DNA of 64,000 bases, taken from positions 33,492 to 97,491 of the forward strand of contig JBGARZ010000028.1 in the NCBI GenBank assembly GCA_044229975.1, given 5' to 3'. Position 1 is the stretch's first letter; every line of letters begins with the position of its first letter. The translations under genes were made by a program, and so were the position numbers. The notes beneath the pieces were generated by a model. That model worked only from the letters and a program-made list of their open reading frames with translations, searched no databases and was not told where the DNA came from. Of the stretch, positions 31,313 through 41,839 are shown in pieces. The stretch is from Polyangiales bacterium (GTDB lineage Bacteria > Myxococcota_A > Polyangia > Polyangiales > Ga0077539).

Positions 31313-32188
31313 ATGGCGAACGTGATCGACGGCAAGGCGGTAGCGGCGGCGCTGCGGCTGAGGGTGGCGGCGGCGGCGGCGGATTTTGCGACGCGCGCGG
31401 GGCGACGGGCGGGGCTCGACGTGGTGCTCGTCGGCGAAGACGCGGCGTCGCAGGTGTACGTTCGCAACAAGGGCAAGGCGTGCGAGGAGGCCGGGATGCG
31501 CAGCGCGATCCACCGGCTGCCGGCGGACGTCTCGCAGTCGGCGCTGACGGCGCTGCTCGACGGGCTGATGGCCGACGACACGGTCGATGGCGTGCTGGTG
31601 CAGTTGCCGCTGCCGAAGCATTTCGACGAACAGGCGGTGCTCGATCGGGTGGTCCCGGAGAAGGACGTTGACGGCTTCCATCCGAGCAACGTCGGGGCGC
31701 TGTGGCAGGGGAGGGAGGGGTTGGTTCCGTGCACGCCGTGGGGCTGCATGCGGCTGCTGGAGACGACGGGCGTGAAGCTGGAGGGCGCGCGCGCGGTGGT
31801 CATCGGACGCAGCAACATCGTGGGCAAGCCGATGGCGGCGCTGCTGCTGCAACGGAGCGCGACGGTGACGGTGGCGCACTCGAAGACGAAGGACCTCGCG
31901 GCGCTGTGCGCGGAGGCGGACGTGCTCGTGGCCGCGGTGGGCCGCGCGAAGATGGTGGGCGCCGACTGGGTGAAGCCGGGCGCGGTGGTCATCGACGTGG
32001 GCATCAACCGCACGGCCGAGGGCAAGCTCGTGGGCGACGTGGACTACGACGCCGTGGCGGAGAAGGCGGGGGCGATCACGCCGGTCCCGGGTGGGGTCGG
32101 GCCGATGACCATCGCGTGCCTGTTGGAGAACACGCTGCGCGCGGCGTGGCGTCGGGCGGGGCTGCCGAAGGGCGCGCTCACGATCTGA
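31313..32188 (+). CDS. folD: Methylenetetrahydrofolate dehydrogenase/cyclohydrolase
   Basis: [43 protein letters not shown]. Confidence 0.98.
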   Translation: MANVIDGKAVAAALRLRVAAAAADFATRAGRRAGLDVVLVGEDAASQVYVRNKGKACEEAGMRSAIHRLPADVSQSALTALLDGLMADDTVDGVLVQLPLPKHFDEQAVLDRVVPEKDVDGFHPSNVGALWQGREGLVPCTPWGCMRLLETTGVKLEGARAVVIGRSNIVGKPMAALLLQRSATVTVAHSKTKDLAALCAEADVLVAAVGRAKMVGADWVKPGAVVIDVGINRTAEGKLVGDVDYDAVAEKAGAITPVPGGVGPMTIACLLENTLRAAWRRAGLPKGALTI

Positions 32189-32262
32189 CCCGGTGGTCAG
32201 TCGGGTGTCCGGTCACGGGAGCCTCCGGTCGTTCCGTGGCCTTCACGCCGCGGAACCGATCT

Positions 32263-33273
32263 TCACCCCATCGGCACCTCCGCCGCTCGCGCGAGCCGAT
32301 CGCGGACGCCGTCCCACGCGCGCCCGTCGGGCACCTCTTCGACGATGATGCGCGTGCACCCGAGGTCGTCGAGCGCGTGCAGCACCGCGAAGAGCGAGCG
32401 CGCATACCCCACCGGGTCCGCTGGCAGCGTGCGCGTCACGGCGTCCGCCACGACGCCCGCACCTCCCTCGATGCACACCACGCCGATCGTCCCGTCGCTC
32501 TCGCGCACCCTCTCCGCCAACGCGGCGCCCTTCGCTCTCAGCAGCGTCGCGCGCGGTGCGTAGTGCCTTCGCACCATGCCCGGTGACGGCAGCGCCTCGC
32601 CCGTCTCCTCCACCGCCCCATCGACGACCACCAGCGACGGAATCTCCATCCGCAGCAGGTCGTGCGCGAGTGATCCCGGTCGCAGCAACCTTGGCGGGTC
32701 GCTCGTCACATCGACCACCGTCGACTCGATGCCGTGCGTCGTCGGCCCACCGTCGAGCACCAGGTCGACCCGTCCATCGAGACCCTTCAGCACATGCGCC
32801 GCCGTCGTCGGCGAGAGCTGCTGGTACCGGTTCGCGCTCGGCGCCGCGACGGCGAAGTCCACCGCCGCCAGCAGCGCCCTCGCCACCGGGTGCGACGGAA
32901 CCCTCACCGCAACCGTGGGCCCACCGCCCGTCACCGAGTCAGCCACACCCGATGGCCCGCGCGGCACCACCAGCGTCAACGGCCCCGGCCAGAACCTCTC
33001 GGCCAGTGCCTCCGCGATCGCTGGCCACGCCCCTGCCAGGTGCCTCGCGTGCATCACGTCCGCGACATGCGCGATGAGCGGGTTGAACGACGGTCGCCCC
33101 TTCGCCGCAAACACCGACCGCACCGCCGCCTCGTCGTCGGCCCGCGCCCCGAGCCCGTAGACCGTCTCCGTCGGGAAGGCCACGAGCCCGCCGCGGCGCA
33201 GCACCTCCGCGGCGCGTGCGATGGCGGCGCCGTCGGGGCGCGCGGGGTCGACGGTGAGAACCTCGGTCGGCAT
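32263..33273 (-). CDS. tsaC: L-threonylcarbamoyladenylate synthase (Sua5 type)
   Basis: VAFPTETVYGLGA, KGRPSFNPLI, FWPGPLT, APSAN, GIESTV, SPGM..HYAP. Confidence 0.95.
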   Translation of the reverse strand: MPTEVLTVDPARPDGAAIARAAEVLRRGGLVAFPTETVYGLGARADDEAAVRSVFAAKGRPSFNPLIAHVADVMHARHLAGAWPAIAEALAERFWPGPLTLVVPRGPSGVADSVTGGGPTVAVRVPSHPVARALLAAVDFAVAAPSANRYQQLSPTTAAHVLKGLDGRVDLVLDGGPTTHGIESTVVDVTSDPPRLLRPGSLAHDLLRMEIPSLVVVDGAVEETGEALPSPGMVRRHYAPRATLLRAKGAALAERVRESDGTIGVVCIEGGAGVVADAVTRTLPADPVGYARSLFAVLHALDDLGCTRIIVEEVPDGRAWDGVRDRLARAAEVPMG

Positions 33274-33297
33274 GGCGTTCGGGTATAACGGCTCGCG
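33274..33297. promoter_or_regulatory. Putative bidirectional leaderless promoter
   Basis: Only 24 bp between divergent ATGs; TATAAC (+) and TATACC (-) each lie 8 nt from their ATG. Confidence 0.6.
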
Positions 33298-34494
33298 ATG
33301 CGACACGCACTCCTGACCGAGCAGTGGTTCCCCGGCATCGGTGGTTCGATCCAGCTCTTCGACGCGCTCTACGGCCAGCACCTGCCGCCCGGCGACTCGG
33401 TGCACATCATCGCGGGCGGCCCGCCCCGCAGCGCGGCCCACGACAAGACCTATCCGCGGCCCGTCACGCGCTTCGACGACACGCGCTACCCCTGGATGAA
33501 GCCCGAGTCGGCGGCTGAGTACGCCCGCATGGTGGCCGCCACCGCGTGGGTCTGTCGTCGTGAGCGCATCGAGGTGCTGCACGCCGCGCGGGTCATCCCC
33601 GAAGGCATCGTCGCCATGGCCGTCGGTCAGTCGCTGAAGATCCCCTACACGGTCTGGGTGCACGGCGAGGAGGTCTCGCTCTTCATGCGCTACGCGGTGA
33701 AGAAGAGGCTCATGCCGCAGGTGTTCAGCCGCGCGCGGGCGGTGTTCGCCAACTCGTCGTTCACGCAGGGCAAGGCGCTGCTTGCGGGTGCTCCGCCCGA
33801 GCGCCTGCACGTCATCAACCCGGCCGTCGACGCGGCGGCGTTTGCGGGCCCCTTCGACACGGCCGACCTCGTCGAGCGCTTCGGCCTCGCGGGCAAGACG
33901 GTGCTCCTCACGGTCGGTCGCCTCACGCGGCGCAAGGGCCACGACAAGGTGCTCGCGGCGCTGGCGAAGCTTCGGCCCGCCGGGCTGCTCGAGGGCGTCG
34001 TGTGGCTCGTCCTCTCCGACGGCGAGCTCGAAGAGGAGCTCAAGAAGACCTGCACCGCGCTCGGCCTCGACGACGTGGTGCGCTGGGTGGGTCCGGTCTC
34101 GCGCGACGCGCTGCCGCGCTACTACGCGGCCGCGGATGTGTTCGTGCACCCCAACCGCACGCTCGATGACGATGACGTCGAGGGCTTCGGGATGGTCTTC
34201 CTCGAAGCGAGCGCGTCGGGGCTCGCGGTGATCGGTGGTCGGTCGGGCGGCGTGGTCGACGCGGTCGAGGACGGCGGCTCGGGGATGCTGGTCGACGGGA
34301 CGTCGGTCGACGCCGTGGCCGACGCGATCGCCTCGCTGCTGCGTGACCCGGTGCGGCGCGCGGCGATGGGAGCGCGCGGTCGGGCCTGGGCGCAGCGCTT
34401 CCAGTGGGGCGTGCAGGCGGCGCGGATGCGGGCGATCGCGGCGGGCGAAGGCGACCCGGGCGCGGGCGTGGACACCGCGGTCGTCACCGGGTGA
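33298..34494 (+). CDS. GT4 (GT-B) glycosyltransferase
   Basis: TVGRLTRRKGHD, EGFGMVFLEA, SGGVVDAV. Confidence 0.93.
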   Translation: MRHALLTEQWFPGIGGSIQLFDALYGQHLPPGDSVHIIAGGPPRSAAHDKTYPRPVTRFDDTRYPWMKPESAAEYARMVAATAWVCRRERIEVLHAARVIPEGIVAMAVGQSLKIPYTVWVHGEEVSLFMRYAVKKRLMPQVFSRARAVFANSSFTQGKALLAGAPPERLHVINPAVDAAAFAGPFDTADLVERFGLAGKTVLLTVGRLTRRKGHDKVLAALAKLRPAGLLEGVVWLVLSDGELEEELKKTCTALGLDDVVRWVGPVSRDALPRYYAAADVFVHPNRTLDDDDVEGFGMVFLEASASGLAVIGGRSGGVVDAVEDGGSGMLVDGTSVDAVADAIASLLRDPVRRAAMGARGRAWAQRFQWGVQAARMRAIAAGEGDPGAGVDTAVVTG

Positions 34495-34698
34495 CGGCAG
34501 CGGTCACCCGGCGCAAGCGGGTGACGGGAGGTGCGTAGATTTCTTCGCACGGGGCGGGTGCGGGGTAACGCGGCGCGGCCGAAGTTGACGCGGGTTGGGC
34601 GGAGGTGTGAGAAGCCCGCGACCCCCGGCGCAAGCCGTGCACATCAACGAGGGCTGACGGGCCGACGAGGTCCGCCGCCCACGAACGGAGACCCGACG

Positions 34699-36315
34699 AT
34701 GTCGAAGCCCAAGAAGACCACGCAGCTCAAGCAGATGGTGCAGCGCCAGGAGCTGGCGTTTCTCATGGAGGCCCACAACGGGCTGAGCGCGAAGGTCGCC
34801 GAGGAGGCGGGGTTCGAGGGCATCTGGGGCAGCGGGTTGAGCATCTCGGCGGCGCTCGGTGTGCGCGACCACAACGAGGCGAGCTGGACGCAGGTGTTGG
34901 AGGTCGCCGAGTTCATGAGCGACGCGACCACGGTCCCGATGCTGCTCGACGGCGACACCGGCTACGGCGACTTCAACAGCATGCGGCGCCTGGTGCGAAA
35001 GCTCGAGCAGCGCGGCGTCTCGGGCGTGTGCATCGAGGACAAGATCTTCCCCAAGACCAACAGCTTCATCCGCGGCGCGGCCCAGCCGCTCGCGTCCATC
35101 GAGGAGTTCGCGGGCAAGATCAAGGCGGGCAAGGACGCCCAGGCCGACGACGACTTCGTGATCGTGGCGCGCGTGGAAGCCTTCATCGCGGGCTGGGGCA
35201 TCGAGGAGGCGATGAAGCGCGCCGAGGCGTACCGTCTCGCCGGGGCCGACGCGATCCTCATGCACAGCGCGCTGCGCTCGCCGGTGGAGATCCTGGCCTT
35301 CTTGAAGGAGTGGGCCAACCGGCTGCCGGTGGTGATCGTTCCGACCAAGTACTACCAGACGCCGACCGAGGTCTTCCGCGACGCGGGCGTCTCCGTGGTC
35401 ATCTGGGCCAACCACCTCATGCGCTCGTCGCTCGCGGCGATGCAGGCGACGGCGAAGACCATCCACACCGAGCAGACCCTCCTCAACGTCGAGGAGAAGG
35501 TCGCGCCGCTCGCCGACGTCTTCCGCCTTCAGGGGGAAAACGAGCTGGAGCAGGCCGAGAAGCGCTACCTGCCGAAGCACGGTCGCTCGGTGAAGGCGAT
35601 CGTCCTGGCGGCGTCGCAGGGCGCCGAGCTCGGCGAGCTCACCCGCGACAAGCCCAAGGCGATGGTCAGCATCGCGGGCAAGCCCCTGCTCGCGCACATC
35701 CTCGACGCGTACCGCTCGGTCAACGTGAAGGAGCTGTCGGTGGTGCGCGGCTACAAGAAGGAAGCCGTCAACCTCGGCAACGTGAAGTACTTCGACAACG
35801 ACCAGTACGCGACGACGCAGGAGGTGAGCTCGCTCGCCGCCGCGACCAGCGCGCTGGAGGGCGACGTCATCGTGTCGTACGGCGACGTGCTGCTGAAGAA
35901 GTACATCCTCCAGGAGCTCATCGACACCGACGACGACTTCGTCGTGATGGTCGACGCCAACCACGCCGAGAGCCGCAACCGCGGGCGCAACGCCGACTTC
36001 GTGAGCGCGTCCGAGCCCAACTCCCGCCGCGCCTACCAGAACCTCATCACCCTCAAGGGCTTCCGCCCCGAGCGCGAGGACGAGGTGCACGGCGAGTGGA
36101 TGGGCGTCGTGAAGCTCTCGCCCGCCGGGACCAAGCTGGTGCGCGACAAGCTCGCGTCGCTGGCCGCTGAGCCCGACCGCGTCCGCACCATGAAGCTGCC
36201 CGACCTGCTCCAGCTCCTCATCGCGGACGGCGCGAAGGTGCGGGTCATCTACACCACCGGGCACTGGCTCGACGTCGACTCCGTCGAGGACGTGGTCGTC
36301 GGCGCGGCGTTCTGA
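34699..36315 (+). CDS. pepM: Phosphoenolpyruvate mutase fused to a C-terminal nucleotidyltransferase domain
   Basis: PepM signature [10 protein letters not shown] (EDKx5NS), [20 protein letters not shown]-terminal [25 protein letters not shown]. Confidence 0.96.
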   Translation: MSKPKKTTQLKQMVQRQELAFLMEAHNGLSAKVAEEAGFEGIWGSGLSISAALGVRDHNEASWTQVLEVAEFMSDATTVPMLLDGDTGYGDFNSMRRLVRKLEQRGVSGVCIEDKIFPKTNSFIRGAAQPLASIEEFAGKIKAGKDAQADDDFVIVARVEAFIAGWGIEEAMKRAEAYRLAGADAILMHSALRSPVEILAFLKEWANRLPVVIVPTKYYQTPTEVFRDAGVSVVIWANHLMRSSLAAMQATAKTIHTEQTLLNVEEKVAPLADVFRLQGENELEQAEKRYLPKHGRSVKAIVLAASQGAELGELTRDKPKAMVSIAGKPLLAHILDAYRSVNVKELSVVRGYKKEAVNLGNVKYFDNDQYATTQEVSSLAAATSALEGDVIVSYGDVLLKKYILQELIDTDDDFVVMVDANHAESRNRGRNADFVSASEPNSRRAYQNLITLKGFRPEREDEVHGEWMGVVKLSPAGTKLVRDKLASLAAEPDRVRTMKLPDLLQLLIADGAKVRVIYTTGHWLDVDSVEDVVVGAAF

Positions 36316-36332
36316 GAGAGGCATCCCCACCG

Positions 36333-37478
36333 ATGATCCCCGCGTCGAGCTTCATCGATTCGTGCAAGACCCACGGCCTCACGCTCTGGACGGGCGTGCC
36401 GTGCTCGTACCTCAAGCCCTTCATCAACTACGTCATCGACGCGCCCGACCTGCGCTACGTCGGCGCGACCAACGAGGGCGACGCCGTCGGCATCGCGGCG
36501 GGCGCCGACCTGGGCGGTCAGCGCTCGGTGGTGATGTTCCAGAACTCGGGCTTCGGCAACACCGTCAACCCGCTCACCTCGCTCAACATGATCTTCAAGG
36601 TGCCGTCGCTGGTCATCACGACCCTGCGCGGCGAGCCGGGCGGCGCGCACGACGAGCCGCAGCACGAACTCATGGGCCAGATCACCGGCGGCCTCTTCGA
36701 CCTCATGCAGATCCCGTGGGCTTATTTCCCTACGGAGGTCTCGGAGATCGAGTCCGTGATGGCGCGCGCCGTCGCCCACATGGACCAGAACCGCACGCCC
36801 TTCGGGCTGATCATGCGCAAGGACTCCGTCGCGGACTACAAGCTCCAGACGAAGGCCGCGCCGAAGCCGCTGCCCGCCGGCGTCATCGAGGCGTGGGGCA
36901 AGCAGGAGTCGTATCCGACGCGCCGCGAGGTGCTCGGGATGATCCAGCGCCTCGCCCGACCGACCGATGCCTTCGTCGCGACGACGGGCTTCACGGGCCG
37001 CGCGCTCTACGCGCTCGATGACCGCGCGAGCCAGCTCTACATGGTTGGTTCGATGGGCTGCGCGAGCTCCTTCGGGCTCGGCCTCGCGCTCGCCCAGCCG
37101 CAGCGCCGCGTGGTGGTGCTCGACGGCGACGGCGCCGCGCTCATGCGCCTCGGGGCGTTTGCGACGCTCGGCTACGAGCGGCCCGACAACCTCATCCACG
37201 TGCTGCTGGACAACGAGGTCCACGACTCGACGGGCGGTCAGTCCACCGTGTCGCACTCGGTCGACCTCGCGGGCGTGGCCTCCGCGTGCGGCTACCCCAC
37301 CGTCATTCGCGCGCACTCGCTCGCCGAGGCCGAGGCGGCATTTGCCAACGCGAAGGGGCTGACGTTCATCCACGTGAAGACGGCGCCCGGCGAGAAGGGC
37401 GACCTGCCGCGGCCGAAGGAGACCCCGGTGCAGGTCATCGACCGGATGCGCGGGTGGTTGAAGGAGACCGCGGGATGA
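36333..37478 (+). CDS. aepY: Phosphonopyruvate decarboxylase
   Basis: GVPCSYLK, NEGDAV, QNSGFGN.VNPL.SL, DEPQH, VGSMG, ThDP motif DGDGA..DNEVHDSTGGQ. Confidence 0.95.
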   Translation: MIPASSFIDSCKTHGLTLWTGVPCSYLKPFINYVIDAPDLRYVGATNEGDAVGIAAGADLGGQRSVVMFQNSGFGNTVNPLTSLNMIFKVPSLVITTLRGEPGGAHDEPQHELMGQITGGLFDLMQIPWAYFPTEVSEIESVMARAVAHMDQNRTPFGLIMRKDSVADYKLQTKAAPKPLPAGVIEAWGKQESYPTRREVLGMIQRLARPTDAFVATTGFTGRALYALDDRASQLYMVGSMGCASSFGLGLALAQPQRRVVVLDGDGAALMRLGAFATLGYERPDNLIHVLLDNEVHDSTGGQSTVSHSVDLAGVASACGYPTVIRAHSLAEAEAAFANAKGLTFIHVKTAPGEKGDLPRPKETPVQVIDRMRGWLKETAG

Positions 37479-38584
37479 CCGCGATCGATCGCCGCTACCG
37501 CCTGCTCAACCCGGGCCCCGTGACGCTCACCGAGCGCGTGCGGGCGTCGCTCCAGCGGCCCGACCTCTGTCACCGCGAGCAGGAGTTCTACGACCTGGCG
37601 CTGGACGTCCGTGGGCGCATCGAGCGCATCTACGACGGCGTCGCCGGGAAGTACGCCGCGGTGCTGCTGACGGGCTCCGGAACGTCCGCGGTCGAGGCGA
37701 TGGTGGGGTCGATGGTTCCGAAGGAAGGCCACGCCCTCGTGGTCGCCAACGGCGTCTACGGCGACCGCATGGCCGCGATGCTCACGGCGCAGGGCAAGCG
37801 CTTCACCGTCGTGGCCGCCGACTGGCTCGCCCCGATGGACCTCGCGGGCGTCGAGCGCGCCCTCGCGGCCGATGCGAGCGTGACCCACGTGCTCGCGGTG
37901 CAGCACGAGACCACCACGGGGCGCGACAACGACGTCGCCGCGCTCGGGGCGATCTGCAAGCGCTTCGACAAGCCGATGCTGCTCGACGGCGTGAGCAGCT
38001 TCGCGGGCGAGCCCATCGACTTCGACGGGTGGAACCTCGAAGCCGTCGCCGCCACCGCCAACAAGTGCCTGCACGGCGTGCCGGGCGTGTCCTTCGTGGT
38101 GGCGCGCGAGTCGGCGTTTACCGCGCGGGCCTCGGGCGCGACCTCGGTCTACCTGGACCTCTGGAAGTACTGGAAGGACCAGCGCACCGGCTCGTCGCCG
38201 TTCACGCAGTCGGTGCACTGCATGTACGCGCTGCAAGAGGCGCTGAAGGAGCTCGACGACGAGGGCGGCTGGCGTGCGCGTCACGCGACCTACGCGCGGC
38301 GGGCGAGCGCGGTGCGCGAGGCGCTCTTCGAGCTGGGCGTGGAGCTGTTCCTGACGGACGGGGCGACGGCGTCGTCGTCGATCCTGACGGCCTTCAAGGT
38401 GCCGGCGTGGACGACCTACGAGGCGCTCCACGACGGGCTGAAGGAGCGCGGGTTCATCATCTACGCGGGCCAGGGGCCCTACGCGGGGAAGATGTTTCGC
38501 ATCGCGATCATGGGCGCGCTGACCGAGCACGACATGACGGAGCTTCTCGACGGGCTGAGGGCGCTGTTGAGGCGCCCGGGGTGA
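37475..38584 (+). CDS. aepZ: 2-aminoethylphosphonate aminotransferase (PhnW/AepZ)
   Basis: LLNPGPVT, GSGT, NGVYG, HETTTG, DGVSSF, ANKCLHGVPG, IYAGQG; ATGA-coupled to aepY. Confidence 0.92.
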   Translation: MTAIDRRYRLLNPGPVTLTERVRASLQRPDLCHREQEFYDLALDVRGRIERIYDGVAGKYAAVLLTGSGTSAVEAMVGSMVPKEGHALVVANGVYGDRMAAMLTAQGKRFTVVAADWLAPMDLAGVERALAADASVTHVLAVQHETTTGRDNDVAALGAICKRFDKPMLLDGVSSFAGEPIDFDGWNLEAVAATANKCLHGVPGVSFVVARESAFTARASGATSVYLDLWKYWKDQRTGSSPFTQSVHCMYALQEALKELDDEGGWRARHATYARRASAVREALFELGVELFLTDGATASSSILTAFKVPAWTTYEALHDGLKERGFIIYAGQGPYAGKMFRIAIMGALTEHDMTELLDGLRALLRRPG

Positions 38585-38604
38585 GCGACGCAGGAGGTAC
38601 ACCG

Positions 38605-39543
38605 ATGGCGGATGGAGCGAGTCCCAACCCCCGACACGAGGCGTCCAAGACGGCCCTCGAACTCACGGTGAACCCCTGCGACCGGCTGTGGCGCTACCCC
38701 ATCGGGCACGCCGTGGTCGGTGCCGCCCTCAAGACTCCGATCACCCCCAACCACGTCACCATCGGGCACGCGCTGCTGGGCATCTCCTCGGGCGTGCTCA
38801 TGTCCACGGGCCGCCCCGAGATGCTCGTCGCCGCCGGCCTCATGTACGAGGTGCGCTCCATCCTCGACTGCTTCGACGGCGTGCTCGCCCGCGCCCGCGG
38901 CACCTCGTCGCCCTACGGCCGCGCGATGGACCAGACCTCCGACGGCCTCTCCTACGCCGCCATGGTGATTGGCTGCGGCGTCGCCTTCGCCCGGCAGATG
39001 GGCACCACCCGCGCCGTCGCATTGGTGCTGGTCACCACCGCCGTCAGCGCCGTCTGCACGCTCTGCTGGGACTTCTACAAGCGGCGCTTCACGTCGATCT
39101 TGCTGGAGGGCAGGGACGAGGTCGACGACGAGTACGTCAAGACCCAGGTCGAGGCGCGCGAGCGCGGCGGCTTCGCCCGGAAGTTCTCGGCCTTCCTCGC
39201 GCACCTCCAGATGCTCTTCTTCACCCCGTCGTCGCTGCCCGGTCTGCGGGCGCGCGTCGAAGCCCGACAGCTCCTCCCGGTCGAGGGCAGCTCCCATCCG
39301 GCGGCTGGTCGGCTGCGCGCCATGGTCGAATCGAATGACCCCGCGCTGCGCTCCACGCTGCTCAAGGTGGGCTTCTCCGGCGGCGACACCGCCATCTTCA
39401 TCATGAACGTCGCGATCGTCCTCACGCGCCCCGTGGAGGGATTTCTCGCCGCGGCCGCCTATTGTGTGGTCATCCTCGCGGCGACGATCTCCGCGAGCAA
39501 CCGGTTGCTCCACGCGCAGCCCGTGACCGCCTCTTCCCACTGA
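38605..39543 (+). CDS. CDP-alcohol phosphotransferase
   Basis: ITPNHVT and signature DCFDGVLARARGTSSPYGRAMDQTSD; GGAGG RBS. Confidence 0.9.
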   Translation: MADGASPNPRHEASKTALELTVNPCDRLWRYPIGHAVVGAALKTPITPNHVTIGHALLGISSGVLMSTGRPEMLVAAGLMYEVRSILDCFDGVLARARGTSSPYGRAMDQTSDGLSYAAMVIGCGVAFARQMGTTRAVALVLVTTAVSAVCTLCWDFYKRRFTSILLEGRDEVDDEYVKTQVEARERGGFARKFSAFLAHLQMLFFTPSSLPGLRARVEARQLLPVEGSSHPAAGRLRAMVESNDPALRSTLLKVGFSGGDTAIFIMNVAIVLTRPVEGFLAAAAYCVVILAATISASNRLLHAQPVTASSH

Positions 39544-39554
39544 GTACCCACCGA

Positions 39555-40361
39555 ATGATCGACAAGGCCGTGATTCTCGCCGCGGGGCAGGGCAACCGCA
39601 TCGCCCGCGCCTCGCAGACCCCGAAGCCCTTCCTGTCCCTCGACGGCACCGCGGACGGGCCCTGCTTCATCGACTGGCACATCGAGCAGCTCGCCGCCGT
39701 CGGCGTGCGCGAGGTGTTCCTCGTGGGCAACCACGTCACCACGCAGCGCAACTTCAAGGGCCCGCGCGGCTGTCGCGTGCAGTGGGTGCTCAACCCCACC
39801 GACGACCTCTCCACCTCCGGCAGCGGGCACTCGTTCTGGTTCGCGCTCCACAGCGAGCAGGAGATCCTCGACGGCCACGCCCGCGTGGTGCTCATGGACG
39901 CCGACATCCTCTACGAGCCTGGCGTGCTGCACGCCCTCGGTGCGCCCTCCCGCGACGGGCGTTCGCGCTCGCTCGTGTGCGGCGACTACCGCGAGTCCAA
40001 CGAGGAGGTCATGGTCTACGGTCGCGACGGGCGCGCGCTCACCCATGGCAAGGGGCTGCTCGACACCTCCGCGGGCAAGTCGCTGCTGCCGGGCATGAGC
40101 TGCTACGGCGAGGCCACGGGCATGCTCCTCTGGGAGCCGGGCGACCACGCGCTGGTCAGGGCCGCGACGGACTGGTGCATCCAGTACTCGACGGCAAAGG
40201 CGCGCAGCGAGCACGAGGACATCACCCAGCGGATGATGCTGGCCGATCGGGTCAACGCGTCGGTGTTCCACGAGCTGATGTTCATGGAGTGCGACACGCC
40301 CGAGGAGTACGCGACGCTCACCGGGGACTTCTTCCCGAAGCTCCGCGCGATGAAGGACTGA
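39555..40361 (+). CDS. LicC/PntC-like cytidylyltransferase
   Basis: AVILAAGQGNRI..PKPFL, MDADILY, GEATG, ECDTPEE. Confidence 0.85.
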   Translation: MIDKAVILAAGQGNRIARASQTPKPFLSLDGTADGPCFIDWHIEQLAAVGVREVFLVGNHVTTQRNFKGPRGCRVQWVLNPTDDLSTSGSGHSFWFALHSEQEILDGHARVVLMDADILYEPGVLHALGAPSRDGRSRSLVCGDYRESNEEVMVYGRDGRALTHGKGLLDTSAGKSLLPGMSCYGEATGMLLWEPGDHALVRAATDWCIQYSTAKARSEHEDITQRMMLADRVNASVFHELMFMECDTPEEYATLTGDFFPKLRAMKD

Positions 40362-40373
40362 CGGGTCCCACGG

Positions 40374-41762
40374 CTATCCGCGCGACAGCACGCGCGAGGC
40401 CATCGCCGCGAACACCACCGTGTTGATGAAGACGTGCAGCAGCACCGGCGCCAGCAGGCGGCCGGTCGCGAGTCGCACCCAACCGAGCACCAGTCCGTAG
40501 ACCACGATGAGCAAGGCGCCGATGCCGTACTGCGGGACATGCAGGACGGCGAAGAGCGCCGCGCTGATCACGATGGCGGCGGCGGGCGTGCACCACGCGA
40601 GCAGGCCCGGGAGCAGCAGCGAGCGGAAGAGGAGTTCTTCGCCGAGGGGCGCGGCGAGGGCGACGACGGCGAAGCCGAGCGCGGCGCCACCGAGGGTGAA
40701 GTCGAGGCTTGCGGCGATCTCGCGGATGGCGCCCGGCTCGGAGCGGGTGTGGAAGACCGACTCCAGAAAAGGGAGCAGGACACCGACGCGCGCCCCGACG
40801 GTGAGGAGGTACCAGACCGCGAGCGCGAAGCCGGTGCCGAGCGAGTGGGTGGGCGGCGGCTCCGGAGCAAGGAGGCCGCGGCGGGCGAAGCGGGCGCGCA
40901 CCCACGCCGCGGACAGTCCCAGCAGGAGGGGCGGGAGGCCCATGAGGATCATCCCGACGCCCAGCGAGAGGTTCACCGTGCGCGGCAGGACGACCTCGAC
41001 CGCGAGGGGCGCGACCGTCGAGCCGAAGAGCAGCAGGGCCGTCGCGAGCACCGGGCGCGTCGCGGCGGGGCCGTGCCGACGGGCGGCGACGCACAGCGCG
41101 AGCAGGATGGCGGCGGACAGCCCAAGGCCCACGAGGTCGCGCCGGTGAAACGACCACGGCGAGGCGTCCTCGCGGGTGTGGGGCGTCGATGCGAAGAGGG
41201 GGACCGGGCGGCGGGGTGTTCGTCGGCGGTCGTCGGGGACGACGGTGGCGTCGAGCTCGGCCTGGCCGCGGCGCAGGCGGAGGGTTCGCGCGACGCCCGA
41301 GCGGCCCGACGAGATGGCGCGACGGAACCACTCGCGGTCGACCACGGGCCGTCCGTCGAGGGCGAGGAGGGTGTCGCCGGGGAGCACGCCGGCGCGGGCC
41401 GCAGGCGAACCGGGCTGCGTCTCGCCGACGACGACACGGGTCGGCGCACCGCCGGGCTCGAAGGTGATGCCGACGGTGACGCGCGGGGTGAGCGGGTCGT
41501 TGTCTCGCGCGTGCGGGGGGCGGCCGGCCATGAGCACCGCGCAGAGCAGGTCGACGGTGACGAGGACGGCGATGCGGCGGCCCCAGCGGAGGTTGTCGCG
41601 GTCGGTGGTGGGCCAGAAGCAGTAGTAGGCCGCGAGCAGCGCCCCGAGGGGGATGAGCAGCTTCGGCAGGAAGATGCCCGCGAGGAGGAAGTGGAAGTCG
41701 CGCCGACCCGACGCACCGACGGAGGACTGCGAGGACGGGGCGTGGGTCATCGGCCGTCGCAT
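40374..41762 (-). CDS. CPBP (CAAX/Abi) intramembrane protease with PDZ domain
   Basis: GSPAARAGVLPGD (PDZ); EELLFR, FAVLH, HVFIN. Confidence 0.88.
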   Translation of the reverse strand: MRRPMTHAPSSQSSVGASGRRDFHFLLAGIFLPKLLIPLGALLAAYYCFWPTTDRDNLRWGRRIAVLVTVDLLCAVLMAGRPPHARDNDPLTPRVTVGITFEPGGAPTRVVVGETQPGSPAARAGVLPGDTLLALDGRPVVDREWFRRAISSGRSGVARTLRLRRGQAELDATVVPDDRRRTPRRPVPLFASTPHTREDASPWSFHRRDLVGLGLSAAILLALCVAARRHGPAATRPVLATALLLFGSTVAPLAVEVVLPRTVNLSLGVGMILMGLPPLLLGLSAAWVRARFARRGLLAPEPPPTHSLGTGFALAVWYLLTVGARVGVLLPFLESVFHTRSEPGAIREIAASLDFTLGGAALGFAVVALAAPLGEELLFRSLLLPGLLAWCTPAAAIVISAALFAVLHVPQYGIGALLIVVYGLVLGWVRLATGRLLAPVLLHVFINTVVFAAMASRVLSRG

Positions 41763-41839
41763 CGGACGCCCGCGAGCCCGATGGTGTCAACGCGGCACCG
41801 ACCGTGGGTTTGCAGTGGAGGCGAAAAGGGGCGGGTCAA

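Noticed and set aside
34699..35580. Second isocitrate/methylisocitrate lyase
   Set aside because: Has the PepM EDKx5NS motif instead of KKCGH and sits beside ppd and aepZ.
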